From the NCBI GenBank assembly GCA_046583095.1, contig JAYGDB010000008.1, positions 33,164 to 97,163 on the forward strand: a stretch of DNA of 64,000 nt, given 5' to 3'. The DNA is from Myxococcota bacterium. GTDB taxonomy: Bacteria; Myxococcota_A; UBA9160; UBA4427. The notes beneath the pieces were generated by a model that was not told the origin of the DNA, did not search any database, and saw only the letters and a program-made list of their open reading frames with translations. Of the stretch, positions 1 through 8,432 are shown in pieces. Numbering within the stretch: the stretch's first letter is position 1; every line of letters begins with the position of its first letter. A program made the translations under genes and the position numbers.

Positions 1-756
1 CCCCAGCGGCTTGATCGCCGCGCTGATCTTCTCTGCCATCTCGGGATCGAACGCGCGCTCCATCTCCTCGGGTGCGACCTCCACGCGGGCGAGGTCGCCG
101 TGATGCCGCAAGCGCACCTGGCGAAACCCGAGTGCCCGAAGCCGCTCTTCCCCCTCTTCTACCTGGGCAAGACGTTCGGGGGTCACCTCGGTTCCGTAGG
201 GCAGACGAGACGAGAGGCAGGCGGAGGCAGGGAGATCCGCAGTGGGGAGGCCGACCTCGCGAGACAGCTCTCGGATCTCGGCCTTCGAGAGGTCGGCGTC
301 GAGGAAGGGCGAGAGCACCCGGTGCTCGGCGGCCGCCCGGTGGCCCGGACGGAAGTCACTCGTGTCGTCGGTGTTGATGCCGTACGCGATCGCGTCGAAG
401 TCGAACTCTTCGACCACACCCTCGAGGCGTTCGAAGAGCTCGCTCTTGCAGTGGTAGCAGCGATCCGGCCCGTTGGCGCGGTAGTCCGCGCGGTCCATCT
501 CGTGGGTCTCGACGAAGCGATGGGGAATCGCGAAGTCCGCGACGAGCTGCTCGGCCATACGCCGGTGGCTGAGCGGGTAGGAGGGTGAAACGGCCGTGAT
601 AGCAAGGCAGGAGTCGCCGAGCACCTCGCGAGCCGCCCACGCCAAGTAGCTCGAATCGACGCCGCCCGAGAACGCGACCACGAGACGTCCCGCCGCCCGA
701 AGGCGGTCGAACAGGGCATTCTGCTTGGTCAGCAGCTCGGGGGAGGAGGGCGACAT
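1..756 (-). CDS. larE: PP-loop ATP pyrophosphatase of the LarE / TIGR00268-like sulfur-transferase family; C-terminus runs off the window start
   Basis: Not in ORF track (no stop inside window). Own translation from ATG at 756-754: MSPSSPELLTKQNALFDRLRAAGRLVVAFSGGVDSSYLAW...DRCYHCK...ACLSSRLPYGTEVT...LGFRQVRLRHHGDLARVEV. SGGVDS PP-loop and CLSSR motifs fit this family; high GC3 in this frame. Confidence 0.7.
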   Translation of the reverse strand, partial: MSPSSPELLTKQNALFDRLRAAGRLVVAFSGGVDSSYLAWAAREVLGDSCLAITAVSPSYPLSHRRMAEQLVADFAIPHRFVETHEMDRADYRANGPDRCYHCKSELFERLEGVVEEFDFDAIAYGINTDDTSDFRPGHRAAAEHRVLSPFLDADLSKAEIRELSREVGLPTADLPASACLSSRLPYGTEVTPERLAQVEEGEERLRALGFRQVRLRHHGDLARVEVAPEEMERAFDPEMAEKISAAIKPLG

Positions 757-887
757 CTAGACGAGGTTACGGAGGGCCTCCGGGGGGGTCAACAAGCGCC
801 CGCAGCGCGTCCGGAGAGAACCCGAAGGGAGAGCTGGGGGTCGCACGGTATAGTCGGGGGCGGCTGCTCCATGGTTCGGGGGGACAA

Positions 888-1985
888 ATGGGCAAGATCC
901 GGGTCGGGCTTCTCTTTGGCGGGCGTTCCGTCGAGCACGAGGTGTCGCTCAGCTCGGCGACCTCGATCTGCCACGCCCTCGATGCCGAACGCTACGACGT
1001 CAGCCTGATCGCCATCGATCACGAGGGGCGCTGGCGACTCGGAGCCGGGTCGGACCTGCTTCCCGAGCAGGCCATCCAGGGCGAGGAGGTGAATCTCCCG
1101 GCAGTGCCCGGGAGTTCGTTGATCCCCGTCGACCCGGGAGTTGCGGCTGACTCGACGCACTCTCTCGACGTCGTCTTCCCGATCATCCACGGGCGCGGCG
1201 GCGAAGACGGCCAGCTCCAGGGCCTTCTCGAGATGGCCGAGGTGCCCTACGTCGGCTCTGGGGTGCTCTCGTCCGCGGTCCAGATGGACAAGGACGTCGC
1301 GCGACGTCTGCTGGCCGCGTCCGGCTTGCCGGTGGTGCCAGACGTCGTGCTGCGCACCGTCGATCCGTCGACGCCGCAGGAACGAAGGTCGGCAGCAGAA
1401 GCTGCAGTCGATGCACTCGGCCTGCCGGTCTTCGTGAAACCCGCCAACTCGGGATCCTCCATCGGCATCTCGAAGGCGAGCGACCTGTCGAGCCTGCTCG
1501 AGTCCATCGACAGGGCCGCTCGCTTCGACACCAAGGTGGTGATCGAGAAGGCCCTTGATGCTCGCGAGATCGAGGTCGCCGTTCTCGGGAACGCGTGCCC
1601 CGAGGCATCGGTTCCCGGCGAGATCGTTCCAAACCAAGAGTTCTACGACTACGAGGCCAAGTACCTCAACGAGAGCACCGAGCTGCTGGTTCCGGCACCG
1701 CTCCCGGAGGACCTCAGCAAACGGATCCGCAGCTTGGCCCTGGAGGCGTTCCAGGCTCTCGAAGGCGAGGGCATCGCGCGGGTCGACTTCTTCCTCGAGA
1801 AGGAGACGGGTGAGATCTACATCAACGAGCTGAACAGCCTGCCGGGCTTCACCGAGGGCTCGATGTTCCCTCGGTTGTGGGCGGCGTCGGGCCTGCCGTA
1901 CCCCAAGCTGCTCGATCGCATGATCGATCTCGCCATCGAGCGGCATTCCCAGCGTTCGAAGCTCGTGACGCGCTACAGCCGCTAG
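888..1985 (+). CDS. ddl: D-alanine--D-alanine ligase
   Basis: 365-aa ORF from ATG 888: MGKIRVGLLFGGRSVEHEVSLSSA..., IIHGRGGEDGQLQGLLE, ELNSLPGFTEGSMFPRLW; classic Ddl ATP-grasp signatures. Confidence 0.95.
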   Translation: MGKIRVGLLFGGRSVEHEVSLSSATSICHALDAERYDVSLIAIDHEGRWRLGAGSDLLPEQAIQGEEVNLPAVPGSSLIPVDPGVAADSTHSLDVVFPIIHGRGGEDGQLQGLLEMAEVPYVGSGVLSSAVQMDKDVARRLLAASGLPVVPDVVLRTVDPSTPQERRSAAEAAVDALGLPVFVKPANSGSSIGISKASDLSSLLESIDRAARFDTKVVIEKALDAREIEVAVLGNACPEASVPGEIVPNQEFYDYEAKYLNESTELLVPAPLPEDLSKRIRSLALEAFQALEGEGIARVDFFLEKETGEIYINELNSLPGFTEGSMFPRLWAASGLPYPKLLDRMIDLAIERHSQRSKLVTRYSR

Positions 1986-2035
1986 CCCGCGAGTCTGCCG
2001 GCTAGCAGCGCCGACCCGACCTTCGGCCCTCGCGA

Positions 2036-3496
2036 CTAGGGCTGGGCGGCGGGATTCTGGGGAAGCTGCGGGCCCTTCTCCTTGAACTCGCGCCCGACCA
2101 CGTAGCCGAGGGCCCGGAGCTGCGCCTGGTGCATCTCGCTGAGCTCGACCTCCGGCGCAGCGTCCCAGTTCGTCTTGGGCTGAGCGAGGAAGGCGTCGAC
2201 CTCGGCGCGGAGTTCCCGGACGACCTCGGGCCGAGCGAGCGCGATGTCCCGCTTCTCCTTGGGATCGGTACTGCGGTCGTAGAGCTCCAGGCGGGCCGGC
2301 AGATTCGACGGGTAGTTCAGCCGGTAGAAGCCCTTCAGAACCGAAGTCGTCGGCTTCGGATCCGAACCCACGGTGCCCCAGCTACGGTCGAGCTGGGAGT
2401 ACAGCGGCCGGTCGGTCTCCGCGCCCCCCTCTTCCCGACCGGCGGCCGCGTCCAGGATCAGCGGCACCAGTGATCGCCCCTCTGCTCCGGGGAGTGACTG
2501 CAGCCCCAGCATGTCCAGTATCGTGGGCCACACGTCGATGTTGGCGACCCGCTGCTCGACCACCACTCCCTGCTCGAGCTCCCAGGGCAGGAGAATCAGC
2601 CATGGAGTTTCGAGCACTTCTCGATACAGGTTGCGGGCGTGGCCCTCGATCCCGTGCTCGAAGAAGGCTTCGCCGTGATCCGAGACGATCACCACGATCG
2701 TCTTGTCGATAATCCTCAGCTCCTGCAACGCCTGCATGATCCGGCCGACGTTGTAGTCAGTCCAGAAGATCGAGCTGTCGTAGAAGTCGGAGAAACTGGT
2801 CCCGAAGTCCGGAGAGAGATCGGTGTACAGGTATTGGTGGATGTCCATGTAGTGGAGATACAAGAAAAATGGATCGTTGACGGAGCCTGTCATGAATTCG
2901 ATCGCGGAGAGCGTGGCGTCCATGTCCGTGCCGGGGATCGAGCGCGAACCCGGAGGAAGGCGCTTCACCTTGTGCTCGGGCTTCGCCTGGCGCGGACGGA
3001 TGTAGAGGTCGAAGCCCTGGTCGAAGCCGAAGTTGTTTGCCACCCAGCCATTGCGCCAGACACCGGCTGTCCGGTAGCCGGCTTGCTGGAAGATCTCCGC
3101 AGGCATCGTGGCTTCCTGGGGCATGGCGTGGAAGAAGCGCTGGATCCCCGTTCGCTCCGGGTACATCGCCGTCCAGATCGATGCCATCGACGCCTTCGTC
3201 CAGCTCGACTGAGCTTCGACGTTCGCGAATCGGATTCCCTGGCTCGCGAGCCGGTCCATGACGGGACTGGTCTGCCTCGAGTAGCCATACATGGAGAGAC
3301 GATCGGCCCGCAGCATGTCGATCACAATGAACACGACATTCACGGGGTCGCGTTCGTCGAGGGTCTCCAGTTCCTGGATCGTGCCCGTCGGGCGGCCGGG
3401 TGGATAGAACTGGATCTGGGAGTACAGGCCACCGGCAAGCAGCAGCCCTGCAAGGCCGAAGTAGAGCCAGGGAGAATCCAGGATCCGACGGAACAT
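2036..3496 (-). CDS. Membrane-anchored sulfatase-fold (alkaline phosphatase superfamily) protein with Thr-type active-site motif
   Basis: 486 aa; N-terminal TM (WLYFGLAGLLLAGGLY). VNVVFIVIDMLRADRL, SSWTKASMASIWT at the position of the CxPxR motif, VSDHGEAFFEHG. Start ATG 3496 overlaps the upstream stop by 1 nt. Confidence 0.8.
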   Translation of the reverse strand: MFRRILDSPWLYFGLAGLLLAGGLYSQIQFYPPGRPTGTIQELETLDERDPVNVVFIVIDMLRADRLSMYGYSRQTSPVMDRLASQGIRFANVEAQSSWTKASMASIWTAMYPERTGIQRFFHAMPQEATMPAEIFQQAGYRTAGVWRNGWVANNFGFDQGFDLYIRPRQAKPEHKVKRLPPGSRSIPGTDMDATLSAIEFMTGSVNDPFFLYLHYMDIHQYLYTDLSPDFGTSFSDFYDSSIFWTDYNVGRIMQALQELRIIDKTIVVIVSDHGEAFFEHGIEGHARNLYREVLETPWLILLPWELEQGVVVEQRVANIDVWPTILDMLGLQSLPGAEGRSLVPLILDAAAGREEGGAETDRPLYSQLDRSWGTVGSDPKPTTSVLKGFYRLNYPSNLPARLELYDRSTDPKEKRDIALARPEVVRELRAEVDAFLAQPKTNWDAAPEVELSEMHQAQLRALGYVVGREFKEKGPQLPQNPAAQP

Positions 3497-5190
3497 CAGC
3501 GGACCGGCCGCTGTGTCTGGGCGCCGGCCTCACGACGGGCACGTGCGAGAGTCAACGCAATCACATTTTCGTCCGGAGCCATTCCGGCTGCCCTCTCCAG
3601 AAGTGGGATGGCTCTCGCGGGTTGCCCGCTCTCGAGCCACCCGCGACCCGCACGGAACAGCGCCGAGACATCGTCCGGCTGCAGAGCCAGCGCGGAATCA
3701 TAGGCGGTCGCCGCGAGCTGCCACTCCAACGCCTGCTCGTGCAACAGGCCCAGGGACTGAAACCCGCGCGCGGTCGGCGCGAGTCGAAGGCTTCGCTGGA
3801 ACGCGCTGAGAGCCGCTGCGCGCTGGCCCTCCCGCGCGAGGCGACGGCCGAGCTGGGTGTGGCGGCTGGGCCCGTCCCGGCCGATCCAGGCCAACCGGTC
3901 GAGCGCCTGTCTGGACGAGGCAAAGTCTCCTCTCTGCAGCGCCTCGGAGAACCCGAAGTCCCCGGCCCAGAAGGCGAAAGCCCCATACATGAGACAGGAG
4001 ACTCCGAGTGCCTGGAGACTGCGCCGGAGCCAGGGCACCCGGGGACCGCCAAGGTCGGGCTTGGGATCGGGCTGCACGTCTGCCCGAGAGCGCAGCAGCA
4101 CCCGGGCCACCCGACCGTCGCGCAGCTTCCAGACCGCGCCGTCGAGGATGAAGTGATGGAGGTTCACGACCGCTGCCACCATCAGCGCCAGCCCGGACTC
4201 GTGAGGAAGCCGTCCGAGCGCTCCGGGGGCGAAGACCAAGGCCGGCAGAATCCACACCGCATACCCCATCAACGTGGCCTTGACGAGGAAGAACAGGCGT
4301 CGCCGGGCAGCCGATGGTTGCACCCGGACCGCTTGCTCGGACTCCGTCCCGTAGTACGTAGTGATCCACAGGTACTGGATCGCGTGGCAGCCGGCGATCC
4401 AGAGAAAGCCGTACGCGGTGTAGATACTGAGGAAGATGCTCCCATCCCCCGCCAGCCCCCAGTAGCGGACGGGCACGGGAACCGTGAACCACAGCGCCTG
4501 CGTGGCCATCAACACCAAGGAGGGAAACGCGGCCCGGAAACGCCCGCCCCGGACGAGTCCGCCCACACCAACCACCGTCGACACCGCGTACACGACGCCG
4601 ATGAGTGCGATAGCCACGCCGACCCAGTCGTGCGGAATGCCGATCGGAAGCAATTTGAAGACGGAGTCTCCGTAGGAGACCGGTGCGTATCTGCCGTCCG
4701 GTTGGGCGCTGTGGAGAGCAAGGACGGTCAGCAGGTAGGAGGTGGTGAAGGACGCATGGACGAAGCGCTTCGTGGTGGACGAGATCACGACGCCCCGTCG
4801 AGCCGCGAGCATCAACGAGATTCCGTAGTTCTGACCGGTGTAGTGCCAAGGGCTCCAGGTCAGGTAGACGGTGAGGAGGAGAGATCCGACCCAATGGCCG
4901 TACAAGCTCGCAGCGAACGCCACCGCCACCAGGAGCGTCGCACCGACCGAGAAGACCCGGTACTTCCGCCGGTCGGCGGGGTCCTCGTACACGCGGACCA
5001 AGGTGGCGCCGTAGTGGGGCAGCGAGAAGAGCAGGACCAGCAAGGCCCCCGGCACCCAGCGTGCCAGGCCGTCCTCCCCGAGGCCCGCCTGAACGACCAT
5101 GATCGCCATCGAGCCGAGCCCGCACCCGAGAACCAGGTCGGTTCCAGAACCGAAGAGCCAGCCTCGCTTGTCCGGTCCCGCGTCACTCAT
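3496..5190 (-). CDS. Polytopic membrane protein with C-terminal TPR domain; membrane-domain family not recognised
   Basis: 564 aa. About 370 aa of hydrophobic helices, then TPR-like repeats (ALQRGDFASSRQALDRL..., LEWQLAATAYDSALALQPDD...). Conserved-looking His motifs LPHYGATL, WSPWHYTGQNYG, NLHHFILDGAVWKLRD. Confidence 0.7.
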   Translation of the reverse strand: MSDAGPDKRGWLFGSGTDLVLGCGLGSMAIMVVQAGLGEDGLARWVPGALLVLLFSLPHYGATLVRVYEDPADRRKYRVFSVGATLLVAVAFAASLYGHWVGSLLLTVYLTWSPWHYTGQNYGISLMLAARRGVVISSTTKRFVHASFTTSYLLTVLALHSAQPDGRYAPVSYGDSVFKLLPIGIPHDWVGVAIALIGVVYAVSTVVGVGGLVRGGRFRAAFPSLVLMATQALWFTVPVPVRYWGLAGDGSIFLSIYTAYGFLWIAGCHAIQYLWITTYYGTESEQAVRVQPSAARRRLFFLVKATLMGYAVWILPALVFAPGALGRLPHESGLALMVAAVVNLHHFILDGAVWKLRDGRVARVLLRSRADVQPDPKPDLGGPRVPWLRRSLQALGVSCLMYGAFAFWAGDFGFSEALQRGDFASSRQALDRLAWIGRDGPSRHTQLGRRLAREGQRAAALSAFQRSLRLAPTARGFQSLGLLHEQALEWQLAATAYDSALALQPDDVSALFRAGRGWLESGQPARAIPLLERAAGMAPDENVIALTLARARREAGAQTQRPVR

Positions 5191-5218
5191 GATTCCATAA
5201 CCAAAACAAGAGCTTAAT

Positions 5219-5626
5219 TCAGCCCCACTGCCTCCGCGAACACGTTCCCAGAACCCCGCGCGACCACCCCCGAGCGGGTGGCGCTTCCATCACACCCGGG
5301 AGTTCGGGCCGCCAGTTCTCGTACGCCGGACCGCCCGCGATGGAGGCATCGCCACCCTGGCTCGACGGCCTCATCGCCTTCTCGTTCGGCGTCGGCTGCA
5401 AGGTGAACGCAACACCCTGGAGAGTTCCGCGAGCCGGGATCGTGATGATGTTCTCCGTGACTCCCGTGATCACCCACGCGTTCGTCATGAAGGGACCGTT
5501 CTCGAGCGTGATGTTGCTGCCGACCATCGAGCAGCAGGCCGAGCGTACTGTTCGACGAATCGAATTCGCCCGCCCGAACCGAGCTGGCAACTTCGAACCG
5601 AAAGACAGCGGCGACACGCAAACCAA
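5219..5626 (-). CDS. Hypothetical small protein (weak call; may start at internal MVGSNITL)
   Basis: 135-aa ORF with high GC3, but it shares third-codon positions with the plus ORF 5340-5870, so strand is ambiguous. Same orientation as the downstream operon, 28 nt upstream of it. No motif recognised. Confidence 0.25.
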   Translation of the reverse strand: MVCVSPLSFGSKLPARFGRANSIRRTVRSACCSMVGSNITLENGPFMTNAWVITGVTENIITIPARGTLQGVAFTLQPTPNEKAMRPSSQGGDASIAGGPAYENWRPELPGVMEAPPARGWSRGVLGTCSRRQWG

Positions 5627-6033
5627 CCCTTCGCTCGATCGTGATCTGTTGCTGGCCGAGCTGTCCAGAATCGGCGCGAATCCGAAGGATTTACAGCGAA
5701 ACAGACCCGCGGCAAGCGAGGCGCGGATGCCCCCACAGCCACATCGCAGAAGCCCATCGGCGAACCCAACGGCACTGGGCGGGCTCCAAGGATGGAGGAA
5801 GTGCGAAGCACGAGGGGCCCGGAACTGTAGCCCCCCGGGGGATCAAACATCGAGTCAGGGAGCTGCGTAGCGCTTTGAGGACATCCGCAGGTCGGTTCCT
5901 CGGCGTACTTCACCTTATGGCCCACGCGGGCACTCACCTTGGCTGCCGAGACCCACGCCCAGAGTTTCCTTGGAAGCCCGCCAGCTTGCACCTAAGCTCC
6001 ATCGTCTCGATTTTCCGGAGGATTTGGCGCCCC

Positions 6034-8421
6034 ATGCCCCGTTTCACCCGCGCTTGCCTCGTGGCCGTACTCGCCGTTCTGCTGGCCGCATTCACAACGG
6101 CGTGTCAGTACGACCGCGAGTCTCGACTTGCCGAGATTCGGGCCCTGCACGCTGCCGGTCAGTTCGACGAATCGATCGCGCCGCTGCGCGTTCTACTCAC
6201 CGCCGACGCGGAGCATCCCGAGGCCAACTATCGGCTCGGTGTCTCGCTCGTGCAGACCGGGCGACCGAGTCTCGCGGTCTGGCCGCTGCAGAAGGCAACC
6301 CGATCCGAGGAATTCAAGATCCTGGCGGGCCTGCTGCTCGCGAGCACGCTCCTCCAGAGCGAGTCCTTCGAAGAAGCGATTCGTGCGGCGGACGGTGTTC
6401 TGGCCGTCGAACCCGACCGTGTCGCCGCCCTCTACACGCGAGCCCGGGCCAACATCGGCGCCGGTCGCCCCACCGAAGCGCTGGTCGACTCGGAGCACGT
6501 CCTTCAGCTTCGTCCGGACGACTTCATGGGAACGACCCTGAGGGTCGCAGCGCTGATAGATCTCGAGCGCTTCGACGAAGCCGAGGCCATGCACGTTCAG
6601 CTCAAGGAAGGCCGGGAGGCGGCCGGCGACGACGACAGCGCCGCGCGCGCTTGCGCGGTCCTCAGCCGCTTCTACGCAAGTCAGGATCGCATCGACGAGG
6701 CGACGGAGACGGTCCGCTCCTGCATCGAGCGTTACCCGACGCACGACTACGTGCAGCAGTACGCATCGGACTTCTTCACTGAGCTCGATCAGCCCGACGA
6801 GGCGGTGAAAATCTGGCGGGATGCGGTCGAGCAGACACCCGAGAACATCGGCCTCCGCTCGAAGCTGGCGAACCTCCTGCTCGCAGCCGGCCGGACAGAC
6901 GAGGCCGAGGCCGCTTACAAGGAAACCGTCGAGCTCTTCGATACCAGCCAGTCCTGGCAGTTGCTCGGCGTCTTCTATCGCCGCACCGGGCGAGTCACCG
7001 AGGCCCGGGAGTCCATCGAGAAGGCCTTGGAGCGGTCGCGCAAGGAGCCGGCGGTGCTTCGCTTCGCGCTCGCCGACATCCTCATCGCGGAGGGCAAGTA
7101 CGACCGCGCCGAGGAGGTCGCAAGCAGCATGAAGGAGCCGAGCTATCGATCCCTGATCCGGGGCAGCCTGAAGCTGGCGAAGGGCGACCCGGCCGGGGCA
7201 TTGAAGCAACTCGAATCCGGCCTGCGCCTGTGGCCCAACAATGCCGGCGCCCGCTACGTGGCAGGCCAGGCGGCGCTTCAGCTGGGCAATCTCGAGCGCG
7301 CGCTCGCGGAGTACCGCGAGGCAACCCGGATCGCAGACGATCAGACAGACGCGGCCCTGGCGATGGCCCGAATCTACTATTCCCTCCACAAATACAAGGC
7401 CGCGCTGCAGTTCGCCGAGCGTCACATCAAGACGCGGCCCTTCCAGAACGGTGACGCCTACGTGATCGCAATCCGGGCGGCCGCCGCTGAGAAGAATTGG
7501 GCGAAAGCCCAGAACCTTCTCGCCAGCCTCAACGCCCGCGAGGGCGCGCGCAACCTCGCCGTCGTCGAGCATGCCGGCGTCATGAGAGAGAAAGAAGGCT
7601 ACGAGGCAGCCGCCAAGATTGCCCAAGACAGCGGCCTCGATCTCACCAACTCGGAGAACGCCATGGCTCTCACGTCCCTGGCGCTCGACCTCATCTCGTT
7701 GGGACGCCCGGAGGAGGCGCTGAGCCGGGTAAACAAGGCGCTCGCAAAGCACGCAACTGATCCCAGGCTGCTCGACATCCAGGCGCGACTGCTAGCCCGA
7801 ATGGGCCGCGACGAGGAGGCCCAGGCCGCAGTCGCAAAGGCACTAGAGACGGATCCGAACTTCAGCCCAGCTCTCGAGGTGCGGGCCATGTACGCGGAGC
7901 AAGCGGGGCAGCTCGACGTAGCTCTGACTCACTACGATGGCGCGGCCGCAGCAGACCCGGAGAACGCCGACTACGCGTACCGCGCAGCACGCGTCGCGTT
8001 GAGGCTCGGAAACGCCGACGAGGCCGTCAGCCGGCTTCGAAAGGTCGTGAGTCTGTCCCCGGGTCATGTGGGCGCGACGAACGATCTAGCCTGGCGATTG
8101 GCCGAGCAAGGTCGGGAACTCGATTACGCGCTCGACCTCGCAAACCGCGCCCTTCAGCTGGACCGCGGGCCGGAGACCCTGGATACGCTGGGCTGGGTGC
8201 AGCTCAAGCGTGGCGAGGTCGACGCAGCGCTGAACTCTTTCGAAGCCGCCCTGAAAACTCGCCCCGACGCGCCATCCGTGCGGTACCGATTGGCCCTTGC
8301 GCTGGCGCAGAAAGGTGACTCCGACGGTGCCCGCGAGAACCTGAGCCGAGCCCTCGAGATGGATCCGTTCCCCGAGGTGCAGGCCGCCAAGGCGGAACTC
8401 GCTCGCCTCGAGAGCGACTGA
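6034..8421 (+). CDS. Large TPR-repeat protein with signal peptide (probable lipoprotein)
   Basis: Track ORF 5641-8421 trimmed to in-frame ATG 6034: MPRFTRACLVAVLAVLLAAFTTAC (Cys after the hydrophobic core); GGAGGA upstream. The remaining ~770 aa are TPR-like repeats. Confidence 0.8.
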   Translation: MPRFTRACLVAVLAVLLAAFTTACQYDRESRLAEIRALHAAGQFDESIAPLRVLLTADAEHPEANYRLGVSLVQTGRPSLAVWPLQKATRSEEFKILAGLLLASTLLQSESFEEAIRAADGVLAVEPDRVAALYTRARANIGAGRPTEALVDSEHVLQLRPDDFMGTTLRVAALIDLERFDEAEAMHVQLKEGREAAGDDDSAARACAVLSRFYASQDRIDEATETVRSCIERYPTHDYVQQYASDFFTELDQPDEAVKIWRDAVEQTPENIGLRSKLANLLLAAGRTDEAEAAYKETVELFDTSQSWQLLGVFYRRTGRVTEARESIEKALERSRKEPAVLRFALADILIAEGKYDRAEEVASSMKEPSYRSLIRGSLKLAKGDPAGALKQLESGLRLWPNNAGARYVAGQAALQLGNLERALAEYREATRIADDQTDAALAMARIYYSLHKYKAALQFAERHIKTRPFQNGDAYVIAIRAAAAEKNWAKAQNLLASLNAREGARNLAVVEHAGVMREKEGYEAAAKIAQDSGLDLTNSENAMALTSLALDLISLGRPEEALSRVNKALAKHATDPRLLDIQARLLARMGRDEEAQAAVAKALETDPNFSPALEVRAMYAEQAGQLDVALTHYDGAAAADPENADYAYRAARVALRLGNADEAVSRLRKVVSLSPGHVGATNDLAWRLAEQGRELDYALDLANRALQLDRGPETLDTLGWVQLKRGEVDAALNSFEAALKTRPDAPSVRYRLALALAQKGDSDGARENLSRALEMDPFPEVQAAKAELARLESD

Positions 8422-8432
8422 GCGCGGAAGCG

